Below, piece after piece: positions 14,831-25,111 of a stretch of 64,000 nucleotides of DNA. The position numbers were made by a program, and so were the translations under genes. The first letter of the stretch is position 1. The number at the start of each line of letters is the position of its first letter. Origin of the DNA: Cycas panzhihuaensis. Lineage: Eukaryota > Plantae > Cycadophyta. The notes under the pieces were generated by a model. It ran no database searches. It was not told the DNA's origin and was given only the letters and a program-made list of their open reading frames with translations. The DNA is taken from contig CM041465.1 in assembly GCA_023213395.1 (NCBI GenBank), forward strand, positions 170,755,741 through 170,819,740. The letters are read 5' to 3'.

Positions 14831-16965
14831 GGACCTATTACATAACTCATCTCGGAGAGCTATTACGAGGTTAAGAGATAAGGTTAATTATGGAGCTTCA
14901 TGCATAAACTGATAAGCTGGCCAATGGTATGCAAGGTTGCTATGTTGTTTAATAGAATATAAGGCCACTTAGGTGACCAATAGGATTACATGCAAAAGAC
15001 CCTCTTTTGTCTATATAAGGGTCATAGATTATAAAAGATGGTTAGCTTTGTTGGGTGTAATACTCAATTCCATTAGCCCTATGTAAACTCTCTCTATACT
15101 TTGTATTCTATATTAGAGTTATGGGCCACCTTGATATGTGTGCCACCTCTAAGTAGTCCAATGGGGTTCTCTCTCTAGTGGTGAGGTTGTACTATAAGTA
15201 TATACTCTTATTTGTTCATAATTGAGTTTTGGCCAATTCTCCAACATGGTGTCTATTTTGTGCATACTTCATCTTTTTGTTGCTCACCATTAGGGTTTGA
15301 TGTGCTTGTTACATTACTAATCCTAATATGGTATCAGAGCCCAAGGTTTAACCCTTGGAGGCCTTTCTTGCAAATCCTAGTACATGTCATTCATGGTTTT
15401 TGAGCTTTCAAGTCTTGTAAATTTTTTGATGTGCCTGTTTCATGACTTTGTCAAGTTGAAGATCATTTCAAGTTATATGTGATGCATATTTTGTTATGGG
15501 ACTGATATCAAGTTTTGAAGGGCTATTTTGATGATGAGGAGAGGCTGTTTTCAAGCCTATTTTGAAGTTTTGTGGCTGTTTGAAGCCTATTGATACTGCT
15601 CAGTGGACATTTTCTCTACATGTGGTACCACAATAAATTTGCATACACGTGAAAGTCCACCAAATTCTTTGTGCAGATTCAATTCCTGTTTAATTGCTTC
15701 CTTTGCATGTCAAGGACGAGTGTTGCAGAACTATTAATGCTAGCTTGAGAGAGTGCTTCTCGCTATCTGGAAGCTAGAAGAGACTCTATTTTTAAACGAT
15801 TTATAGATTTATAGGTTATACATATAATTTTGCTAATATGTATTTTTCTTATGCTTAAAAATTTTGTATTCGAGGCCTTCAAATCTAGCCTATATTCTTA
15901 TGCATTTTTTCCACCAAAAAAACAAAAAAGGAAAAATCTGCCAAATATGTTGTTAGTGTGTAGCCATTGCCAGATCTAAAAAGAAGAAGATTGATCTGCT
16001 CTAACCGCTTCATTTTGTTCATCATGCATTCTGAGTGTCATGGGATTGATCTGAGGGGTTCTGTTTCCATCAAACTCCTGTGGTAGATTTTGATCGCTCA
16101 ATGATAATGGCCGACGTAGTCGAGCTTAGCTATGTGCTTAGTATTGGTCATACTAAGCTTGTTGAGTTTGGGTGAAGTGGCTTATCAGTTCAGAGTTGGG
16201 GAAAAGGCAACAGATGAAATGGAACCCTTTATGCCCTGCTTATTTTACGGTGTTAATATGGGCTTTAATCCCTCGATCACATCCCTTCTGAAATTGGACC
16301 CACTTCGTCACATGATTTTTCCAATCGTTTCTCTCATGATCATCGTCGAAAGGGTTCATATATTTTTTCAAGAGTGGGAATGGATGCGGATCTTCTTGAT
16401 GCCAAAGATGTGGTTTGATCGGTTTCTTCATCTGAATCGAAGGGGTTGTAAGAGGCCGAGCCTGCATCGGGAGAATTATTCCCGAAGACTCTGTCATTCC
16501 TTCTGGCCATGCCACCCAGAATTCATTGATATATCTGTTGCAGGTGATTGATGGAATTCCAAATGCTATCAGATCAGGCAATCAAAGATTTATGGATTGC
16601 CAACTATCTAAAAATATGTGGAAAGAAGGCCAAACTATTTTTTTTTTCTCGCCGCTTCTGGTCTGCTAACGAGGGTTTTATCAAGAGACAATTGAGCGAT
16701 CCATTCTACTATGGATCATCGTGCATTAATCAGCCCTTATTTCTGACCGATAGTAATGGGCTTTTCATATTACTTTTCTCCAGCGTTGACTAGTGCCTGA
16801 AGGTCTCTAAGGTCTGCATCTCAACGGGCCACATCACAGAACCAAGCCAGCCACATGCATTCATTCACAATCTGTTACAATCATGTCCTAATGAATTACC
16901 ACAAGGGATTCAAATGACTCAGCAAAATTTTGTGACCCTACTAGGGTTGGCCATCCAATCTATAA

Positions 16966-17100
16966 TTGGAGCAGGGAAACAACACAATCTGTTTTGGTGT
17001 CATTGTTGACGTTTATCGGCTATGTAAGGAAGGACGATTGAACGAGGTAGTTCACATTTTGTATCTAATAAACCAACGAAACATTAAGGTTTCAAGTGCC
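16966..17100 (+). pseudogene. Captured fragment resembling the N-terminus of a PLS-class pentatricopeptide-repeat protein
   Basis: Translates 'DVYRLCKEGRLNEVVHILYLINQRNIKVSS', resembling the 'LCKEGRL.EAL.IL..M.QRGI' opening of plant PLS/DYW PPR proteins. The frame then runs into unrelated sequence. Confidence 0.62.
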
Positions 17101-17993
17101 ATTATGGCCACACCTTTGACCCCCAAGCATCTGCATAGTCATGTTGGAATTCAAGGAATAAGCAAACTGGCTCATTATCATGATCTCTGGGATGAAAACA
17201 ACTTCACTACTGGTGACATTCACGATGGCTCCCTGTGCAACAATGGCGCCTCTCCTCTGCTTCCTTGTCAGACCTACATTTCAATGGCAGCTCCATCATC
17301 CATGGCAGCGCCCTTCTCTGCTCCCTCATAGACCTACATAACAATGGTGGCGGCATTCTTGCATAACGATGAATAAACCCTAATCAGGGTTAAGATAAAA
17401 TAAATTTTATTTGGGCACTTTTTTATCGATTGACGGACGTGATTTTATTATTAAAGAGTTAAATTTTTTTTTTTTTATTTGAAAAATATATTTAATCAAA
17501 TTGGATATTAGTTTCGGAGTCATTTAGCCACTTTGGATGTTAACACTTGGTCATATGGAGACTTAATATGACCTGCTGCCAGCTTATGAAGGGGGCTAAC
17601 CCCTATTTCATCTTTTTTCAGCATTACTAAGGAGTACCTGTCACATTTCTGGCTGTATCTTGAGATTGGGAGGTCCGATTTCAGTTCCATCTGTTGCGTT
17701 GGATTCATAACAGAGAGAGTTTTTATTTGACAGGTCATTTGACATATTTTGGAGCCATTTTCATGAAGATGTTTTTATTCAAAGTCACAAGTTTCTATTT
17801 GTCTTCATTTTTTCTCAGTTTCTTTAGGTACATATTATATTTTCAAGGCTTCTTGATGTAATGTACCCCAAATAGGGGGGATGACATGTACTATGGACTT
17901 CTTTTTAGCTCTTGAAGAACCTATTATGATCATATTGTACTTCATTTATGAGAGAGAGTCATATGTGCTACACAAGTCACATATCATTTTCAG

Positions 17994-18128
17994 TCATGTA
18001 AAAATTGAATGCTGGTTATTATCTTTGCCCATGGTGGTAAGTTATTAGCCCAATGAGGCATCATGTAAAAAATTTCTAATGCTAGTTATTTTTGCCCATG
18101 GTGGTAAGTTGTTAGCCCAATGAGGCAT
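17994..18128 (+). repeat. ~67-bp tandem duplication inside element C
   Basis: TCATGTAAAAA..TTTGCCCATGGTGGTAAGTT(A/G)TTAGCCCAATGAGGCA occurs twice. Confidence 0.9.
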
Positions 18129-18251
18129 CTTTTTAGCCCATGTTGCATGTTTGAGGCCATAGTGCCATTGTATTTCCAGCCATTAGATGCTAAAGAAGTG
18201 CTAGTCCTATTGAGCAAGAGGTAGGACACACTTTTAGAAGCTACTCTTGCT

Positions 18252-18754
18252 TGCCATGTGCTTTATATATTTTTTCCTACTTGCACTCCCATATGAGCAA
18301 GTGGTGGGACCTTATACAGCTACTCTTGCCAGCTCTTGATTGATCCACGTATACAAAGAGAGTTCCTACCCAACTGGCGGTTGTAGCAGCTGATAACCTA
18401 TGCATTCCAATAGATGGACTCCATTTCATATGGACATCAGCAGCTTTCTTATTCAGTGTAGCAGTGTTTATGATCCAACAGACTTTTGGAGACTCCTGCC
18501 ATGTGCCATGTGCCATGTGTTTCTTATATATATTTTTTCTTACTTGCACTCCTATATGAGCAAGGGTGGGACCTTATACAGCTACTCTTGCCAGCTTCTG
18601 ATTGATCCACGTATACAAAGGGAGTTTCTACCCAACTGGCAGTTACAGCGACTAATAACCCATGTATTCTGGTAGATGGACTCCACTTCATATGGACTTC
18701 AAAGACTTTCTTATTCAAAGGTCTGGTTATGATCCAAAGAAGATTTTGGAGACT
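18252..18754 (+). repeat. ~245-bp tandem duplication upstream of the element C PPT
   Basis: 18252-18496 matches 18511-18754, with (TGCCATG)3 at the junction. Confidence 0.92.
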
Positions 18755-19274
18755 TAAGCTTATAATTGAAGTGACGACATTTATGTAATTGACTATTACA
18801 GGGGGGAATGTTGGGTGTAATACTCAATTCCATTAGCCCTATGTAAACTCTCTCTATACTTTGTATTATATATTAGAGTTGTAGGCCACCTTGATATGTG
18901 TGCCACCTCTAAGTAGTCCAATGGGGTTCTCTCTCTAGTGGTGAGGTTGTACTATAAGTATGTACTCTTATTTGTTCATAATTGAGTTTTGGCCAATTCT
19001 CTAACATGGTGTCTATTTTGTGCATACTTTATCTTTTTGTTTCTCACCATTAGGGTTTGATGTGCTTGTTACATTACTAATCTTAACAAGCTTGATATTA
19101 CTTTTATAAAGATTGTACTACAATACTCTTTATTTTTGGTGATCAATTAGTGCTCTTATGTTCTTGTGAGATTTTCTGATGATTTGCTTGCCCTATGGGT
19201 TAAACTAAAGTGGTTGCAATTGTCATTATTTGGCTATCTTAAAGAGCACTTGTGAGAGGATACGTCCCATAGAC

Positions 19275-19925
19275 AATTAATTAGAAGCCTAATATATTTG
19301 ACATTAAGATGACCAGATATCATGCACATAGTTAGTGTTGTATCAAGGTTTATGAAAGATCCTAAAACTACACATTGGTAAGAAGCTAAATAAATCCTAA
19401 GATATCTAAAAGACATGATCGATTATGGGTTATATTATAAACTTTCATCAAATTTCATATTGATTAGGCATATAGATTTAGATTACACAAGTGATGCTGA
19501 CAATAGAAAGTTTACTTCTAGATACACCTTTAGTTTAGGTTTAACATCTATAGCATAGAGTACCAAAAAGAATAATACTGTCTCCTTGTCTATAGCTAAA
19601 GCATAATATAAGGCAATAGTATTAAGTGCATCCAAAATAGTTTAGCTACATAGTCTACTTCATGATCTCTAATTGAAATAGGATGGTCCTACTAAAATAT
19701 GGTGTGGCAATCAAAGTACTATTCAGATGACACGTAATTTGATTTTCCATAGAAGAACTAAATACATTAAGATGTAGTATCACTTCATATTGGAACTTGT
19801 CCAAGCAAGAGAAATAGAGTTGGTTTATTGTAGCATAGAAGATCAGACAATAGATATTTTTATAAAGGTACTTAGAAAAATTAAATTTCACAACTTCAAA
19901 GATAAGCTTGGAGTTACATAAAATG
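19275..19925 (+). pseudogene. Copia A pol, 3' part (end of RT and RNase H)
   Basis: The frame 'DPILYR|QLIRSLIYLTLR*PDIMHIVSVVSRFMKDP' continues across the element B insertion. RNase H 'WCGNQST..FHRRTKYI..HFI' at ~19700-19790. Confidence 0.9.
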
Positions 19926-19942
19926 AACATTATGGGAGAGAA

Positions 19943-20245
19943 TGTTAGTAAATAATGTTCATTTTCTCTAAATGGTGTGTATAGTGGCATTGGGACTTCA
20001 CGGTGCTACCTCCAGATATCAACAGGCAACCTAGGTAATAGGTATGTATTATATATATATTTTTTATTAATATTTTATTTGAAAAAAGGTGTCAGTCGAT
20101 GGTGGGCTTACCCAATGTCCTAACTATAAATATCAGGTGCAAATACTTAACGATACTCTTTAAAACCACTATTTATTGGAAGTTTTATTAATTTTTTACA
20201 ATATGGAATGATTACCTATTCTGCTCTATCCCTGTGTACTCATCA
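19943..20245 (+). repeat. 3' LTR of copia A
   Basis: Direct repeat of 2109-2411; preceded by the PPT and followed by TSD ATGAT. Confidence 0.95.
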
Positions 20246-20419
20246 ATGATAAACTTAGCAAAAATATGTACCTCTAGTAGAGACAATGTGTAATATTAAA
20301 TGAAGGTAATTTAGCATTATAATAGAGATATTTAGTAATTTAAGCTTATAATGAAGTGCACAAGCTAGTTTAGGCTCATTTTTTAGCAAAATTACCCCTA
20401 ATGAGGGTAAGATCAACTA

Positions 20420-23400
20420 TATCATTTTTTAAGAAACTATTTGTTGATATCCTTGTAAAACTCAAGGCCTTCTAATATTGCAATGTGATGGGCATAATTG
20501 GCCAAGCTCTAAAGGGCAATAATAGTCTAACCCACTTGGGGTTAAACTTTTGAAGGCACTAATGCAAATATTTAGGCTTAAGGACTTTGTCCCAATGGTA
20601 AATTATTTTAGCCATAAATGTTTATTATGGGCTTTTTGGGCCTTGGCCTTTAATGTCATATTTAATTGATATGTAATGGGATGGTTCTCATTCAATGCCT
20701 CAAGGTCAAGGAGATGAACTTGATGATGTTATTCCTCTTCGATGAAACCTTTCGATGACACCCTTAAGGATGAAATTTCCACCTTAATGGGTAAGACAAC
20801 CTCTAATCTGTAGACTAGAGAAAAAGATGTCATACCCATCGCTATCCAAATGGACATGAAATAAGTCCATAGGGTAGGGTAGAGTTGTAAGTATCAGTCT
20901 AATTGAGACTCGGCAATGGTTTTCTTCATGATATTGATCAAAGTCTTATTAAATGCTTCAATCTAGCCATTTGCTTAAAGGTAATAAGGCAATGATGTCT
21001 TATCAAAATATGGAACTTTTCACAGAACTTATCCACCTCCTTGTTTTAGAATAAAGTCCCATTATTTATGATTAAGATGTTAAGAATTCTAAAATAATAA
21101 ATGATGTACTAGAGGATAAATATGGCCATCGTCTTACCTATGGTTGATGAAAGGTGGATTATCTCTACCCACTTGGTGAAATGTTCCATGGCTATCAATA
21201 TAAACTTATGTTGGGTTGAGGATGAGGACGTGATGGTACCAATCAGGTAGAGACCCCATTGGGAAAATGACCAAGGAGACATAATGATATACAGGGCCTC
21301 AAAAGATCGGTGCATGATATTCAGGTGCTCTTGGCATATCCTACATTTTTTCACATAGGCATGAGCATCTCTAAATAATGTGGGCCAATAAAATCCCATG
21401 CATAATATTCTTTAAGCAATTCACTACCCCTTGAAATGGCCTTTGCATATGCTATCATGGTAGTCAAAGAGAATATGGCTAGTCTTATCTTGGTTGATAT
21501 ACTTGAGAAGAATCCCCTCAAATGATCACTTATAAAGCATGTTTTGAATAAGATAATATTATTGGGTAGTAGCCTTATGCATTATCTAACTTTATCTTTA
21601 GTATTATTAGGGTAAGTCTAATGGAGAATATAGTGAATAATGTCACTGTACCATTAGTCATCAATGGGTCTTTGCCCTTCAGCTCATCTTAGAGGAAAAA
21701 TGGCCCCATCAAATAAAGAATTGTCAATCAGAGTATTGGAATGATTTGGGAGGGACACATGAGCAAGTTTCTTAATGATGACCATCCTTTTTTTGGATTT
21801 TCGATTAATGATCCTAAAGATTGTACTGTTATAAAAAGGATAACGCACTTCCATGTTTGACCTATTAGGTCTAACTTTATCATGAGAAATTGAAGAGGGT
21901 CAAACTATACTATAACATTTATGGTATTATCTAAAAGATAATGTCTCAATTTCTTAACAACAAATACTAGAGCCAAGCACTCTTTCTTAGAAAGGGTATA
22001 ATTGATCTTGATAGCCACCACTATAAGACTAATAAAGTAAATAGCCATTCAATTTTAATATTATCTTCTTAGGTAAGCATGGCATCAATGGATTCATTTG
22101 TCAAGGATATATGTAAGATAAATAGGTAGTTAAATATGGGGGGAGCCAAGATAGGGGCCAAAATGAGAGCCTATTTGAGTTTTTGGAAGGTAACTTGGGC
22201 TATTGAGGTCCAAATGAAAGGAGTCTCCTCCTTGAGGATATTACTTAGGGGTTTGGAATCCATGGAAAATTTCACCAAGAAATGCCTCAAGAAACCTAAT
22301 CGACCCAAAAAGGATTTGATCTATTTTTGTGTTTTAGGTAGGGGCATCATTAGAATTACTTGAAATTTATTAGGATCAACTTGGATCCCTTCTCATAATA
22401 TAATAAAGCTTAATAGTTTTCTAGTTATAATGGAAAAGGTATATTTATATAAGTTATGACTGACATAGAATTTTTTATATCTTAGGAAAATTTCCCTTAA
22501 ATCTGTTAAGTGATCGACCCTCTTACATAAGAGGTCCAATAAGTCATCCACAAGTACCTTAAGAATTTTGTTGATGAGGTCATGGAAAATAAAGTACATG
22601 GTCCTTTGATATGTTACACCAATATTTTTAAGGTTAAAGGGCATTACTACATATGGAAAAGTTCTCTAGGGAATGGTCAAGGTCTTTTTTCTAACAGTCC
22701 TTAGGTGAAATTTGGATTTGCTTATAACCCCAAAAGCCATCCATTAAATACATAATCTCAAAGATTATTATCCTATTGATAATTTAATTAATAAACAAAA
22801 GTATAAAGTTATATTTGGGTCAATCATTATTTATGTCTCTGAAATCAATACAAATGTATATAGCACCATTCTTCTATACTATGGGCATAATATTAGATAC
22901 CTATTTGAGATAGTCAATTGATATGATAATGCCAGTATTATGTAACTTTTCTATCTCCATTTTTATAATTATCGGTAACTTTTGGTAGATTGGGCATTAC
23001 TTTTATCGAATAGGATTGGCTTCAAGAATTATGGTAAGGTTATGGGTAAAACCCCAACTTATGGTGGTTTGGAGGGAGATTACAAGATGTTCTAGCTAGG
23101 TGCTCAAGTAAGGCTTCATTATTTTCAAAATAGTCAACCCTATGGATAGTTTTTAATATAAGGAGGGCATCTAACTATTCATTAGGAGGATTCATGCACC
23201 CATTGACCTCTTAGTCAATGTAATAAAGGGACTCTTTAGAGGAGTTTAAATGAAGGTGTGGGATAGGGCTATATGAGAATCATCTAGGATGAGAAGTGAG
23301 AGGGATGACATCTAGGTCATGCTCTAGCTTAGGGTCAAAGATGGGAGGGCCATTAGGTTCATAAGAAAGGCTATTAGGAATGGGTCATAGATGATGGAGT

Positions 23401-24700
23401 TATCATAAGAGAAGAAGAATAAAACTCACCATTTAAATCATACATAAGAGGGACATGATTAGGGTCTAATCACATGATGATAGGGTCATGGAAATCCCAC
23501 ATGTTCCAAATCATGTTAATGGTTCAACGTGGGAAGGAGAGTATCTCTTGTAACTTGATGGGGGTGTATACTTAGGAGGGGAGTGGTTAGGGGTCCTAAG
23601 GATTCTATCTAAATGGGTGATAAGCCAAGGGACACCTCCTTAAAAGGTTGCTTAAATAGGAGGAGGGGAAGGCCAAACTAGATCCTATGGTTCAAGAGCT
23701 TCAAGGGGATGATCGGGCGGTAGTTATAGACAAGTTTATTTGAGTGGAAAGTGGGTGAAGCTTCCTAAAAGGGGATATCCTATGGGGTGGATATAATAGG
23801 GAGTAAGCTCGTAAGTTCTTAAAAGGATCCTATTGAGGCCAAGGAAAGTAGAGGGCTCCTATGTGAGGAGCAAAAGAATGAATAATATCCTCGTGGGATG
23901 ATTCTTTAGGTGATCAAGAAATGATTTCCACTTAACATATAGGGGGCTTGAAGTCCTCAATGTCTAACTTAGGATCACTAAGGATGGTTACATAATTGTA
24001 GTTGTTTATACCAATTAGGATAAAATGGACTATATTTATCCCAAAAGAGGGTTGGTATTCTTTATGTTAGAGCTTTGGGCCTTAAAAGAAGGCCACAAGG
24101 GAAGGATCAAATTCCTCAAGGCCACCATCCTTAATATCAAAGATGGCTTGGATAATTAACTAAGATGATTAGGAGGGGGGAGGCTCACGAGCCACAACTT
24201 GAACTCTACCATTGCGAATAAATTTGAACTAGCCTCATAATGAAGAATAGATGGATCCCATTTGGTCCAACTAGGGTCATCCTAGAGGGAGGTTATAATT
24301 AACATAAATGTCAAGAACAATAATATTAATGAGGATAATCAAAGGTAGGGTAAAGATTTTAAGGGGTGCATTTTTATTTATGTCATATCCTTAGCACTTC
24401 TATGAAATTGGCTCAAGGGCCTTAACATAGAGTTTCTCAAGCATCTAAGTAAGTATGGTATTGATTGAAGAGTCATTATCAATATTAATTCTTTTTAGGG
24501 TAAAGTTAAGGGTCTTGATGGTAATGGCAAATGGATAATACCAATAAAACTCACACTTATTAGTAGATGATAGGTCATCAAGATAAAAGGAAATGATTGG
24601 TTGGCCATAAGAGGTGTTTGAGACAACATAGATGGGAACGTCCTTATACCACAAGGCTTCCAAAACTAGGTTTCACTGGTCAAGATAACTCTATAGGATG
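20420..24700 (-). pseudogene. Tat/Ogre-like pol pseudogene (protease-RT-RNase H-integrase), many stops and frameshifts
   Basis: ORF-track fragments 24445..24663, 22393..22644 and 21109..21399. RNase H 'KECLALVFV..KLRHYL' reads on the minus strand at ~21935-21995. Confidence 0.85.
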
Positions 24701-25111
24701 TCCATCATGGACATACCTGTAGAAATAATATGAAGCTACTCCATAATGGAGAAGGATTTCCCCTTGCTAGTGGGTTAAGGAAGGGCTCTCATGAAGTCAT
24801 AATAGCCAGGATGAATAGGGATTATCTTGAAAAGGATGGAGATCTTATCAGGAGAAGGTTCAAGAGCTGGTTGATGAGAAGAGGAGGCTTCCCTAATTTC
24901 TGTGGTTACTTGGGTATACATAATGGGAAAAACTTGAGTGATGCCTAGTATTTGGATAACCCATTTACCCTTAGCATTATAGCATTGTGTGGCCTAGGTT
25001 AGGTCTTGGGTATTGGGTGTGGTAGATCCTATTAGATTAATTTAGGCTTTATCCTTTAATTGGTCAAGTTGGGGTTATCTAATGGATTTCTTTGAGGTTA
25101 GAGACATCCCC

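Larger units (their letters stand above)
15049..19088 (+). mobile_element. Non-autonomous LTR retroelement C (LARD-like, 4040 bp) carrying non-TE cargo
   Basis: 280-bp LTRs 15049-15328 and 18809-19088 with 9 mismatches counted (~96.8% identity). Perfect TSD AGCTT (15044-15048 / 19089-19093). Intact iMet PBS TGGTATCAGAGCC at 15329-15341. PPT AGGGGGGAA at 18800-18808. No gag/pol motifs seen inside. Confidence 0.95.
8574..19269 (+). mobile_element. Ty3/gypsy chromovirus B (Reina/IFG-like), inserted in the RT of copia A
   Basis: 5' LTR 8574-8989. 3' LTR 14836-19269, split by element C. Perfect TSD TAGAC (8569-8573 / 19270-19274). PBS TGGTATCAAAGCC at 8992. PPT AAGGGAGGGGA at 14823-14833. Confidence 0.95.
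2109..20245 (+). mobile_element. Ty1/copia LTR retrotransposon A (degenerate, with nested insertions)
   Basis: 303-bp LTRs 2109-2411 and 19943-20245 (TG..CA, roughly 80-85% identical by eye). Perfect TSD ATGAT (2104-2108 / 20246-20250). PBS TGGTATCAAA at 2414. PPT ATGGGAGAGAA at 19932-19942. Confidence 0.95.

Noticed and set aside
16132-16793. ORFs 16132..16551(+), 16240..16581(-) and 16548..16793(+) as real genes
   Set aside because: They are short, overlap on both strands and have no recognisable domain; higher local GC explains the open frames. Kept only as unidentified cargo.
17374-17384. Interstitial telomere repeat
   Set aside because: A single AAACCCTAA only; at most a telo-box.
18277-18718. 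Paralogous small ORFs (18277..18549, 18524..18718, 18400..18675) as a peptide gene family
   Set aside because: Their similarity simply reflects the 245-bp tandem duplication; frames are not conserved between units and no domain is recognisable.
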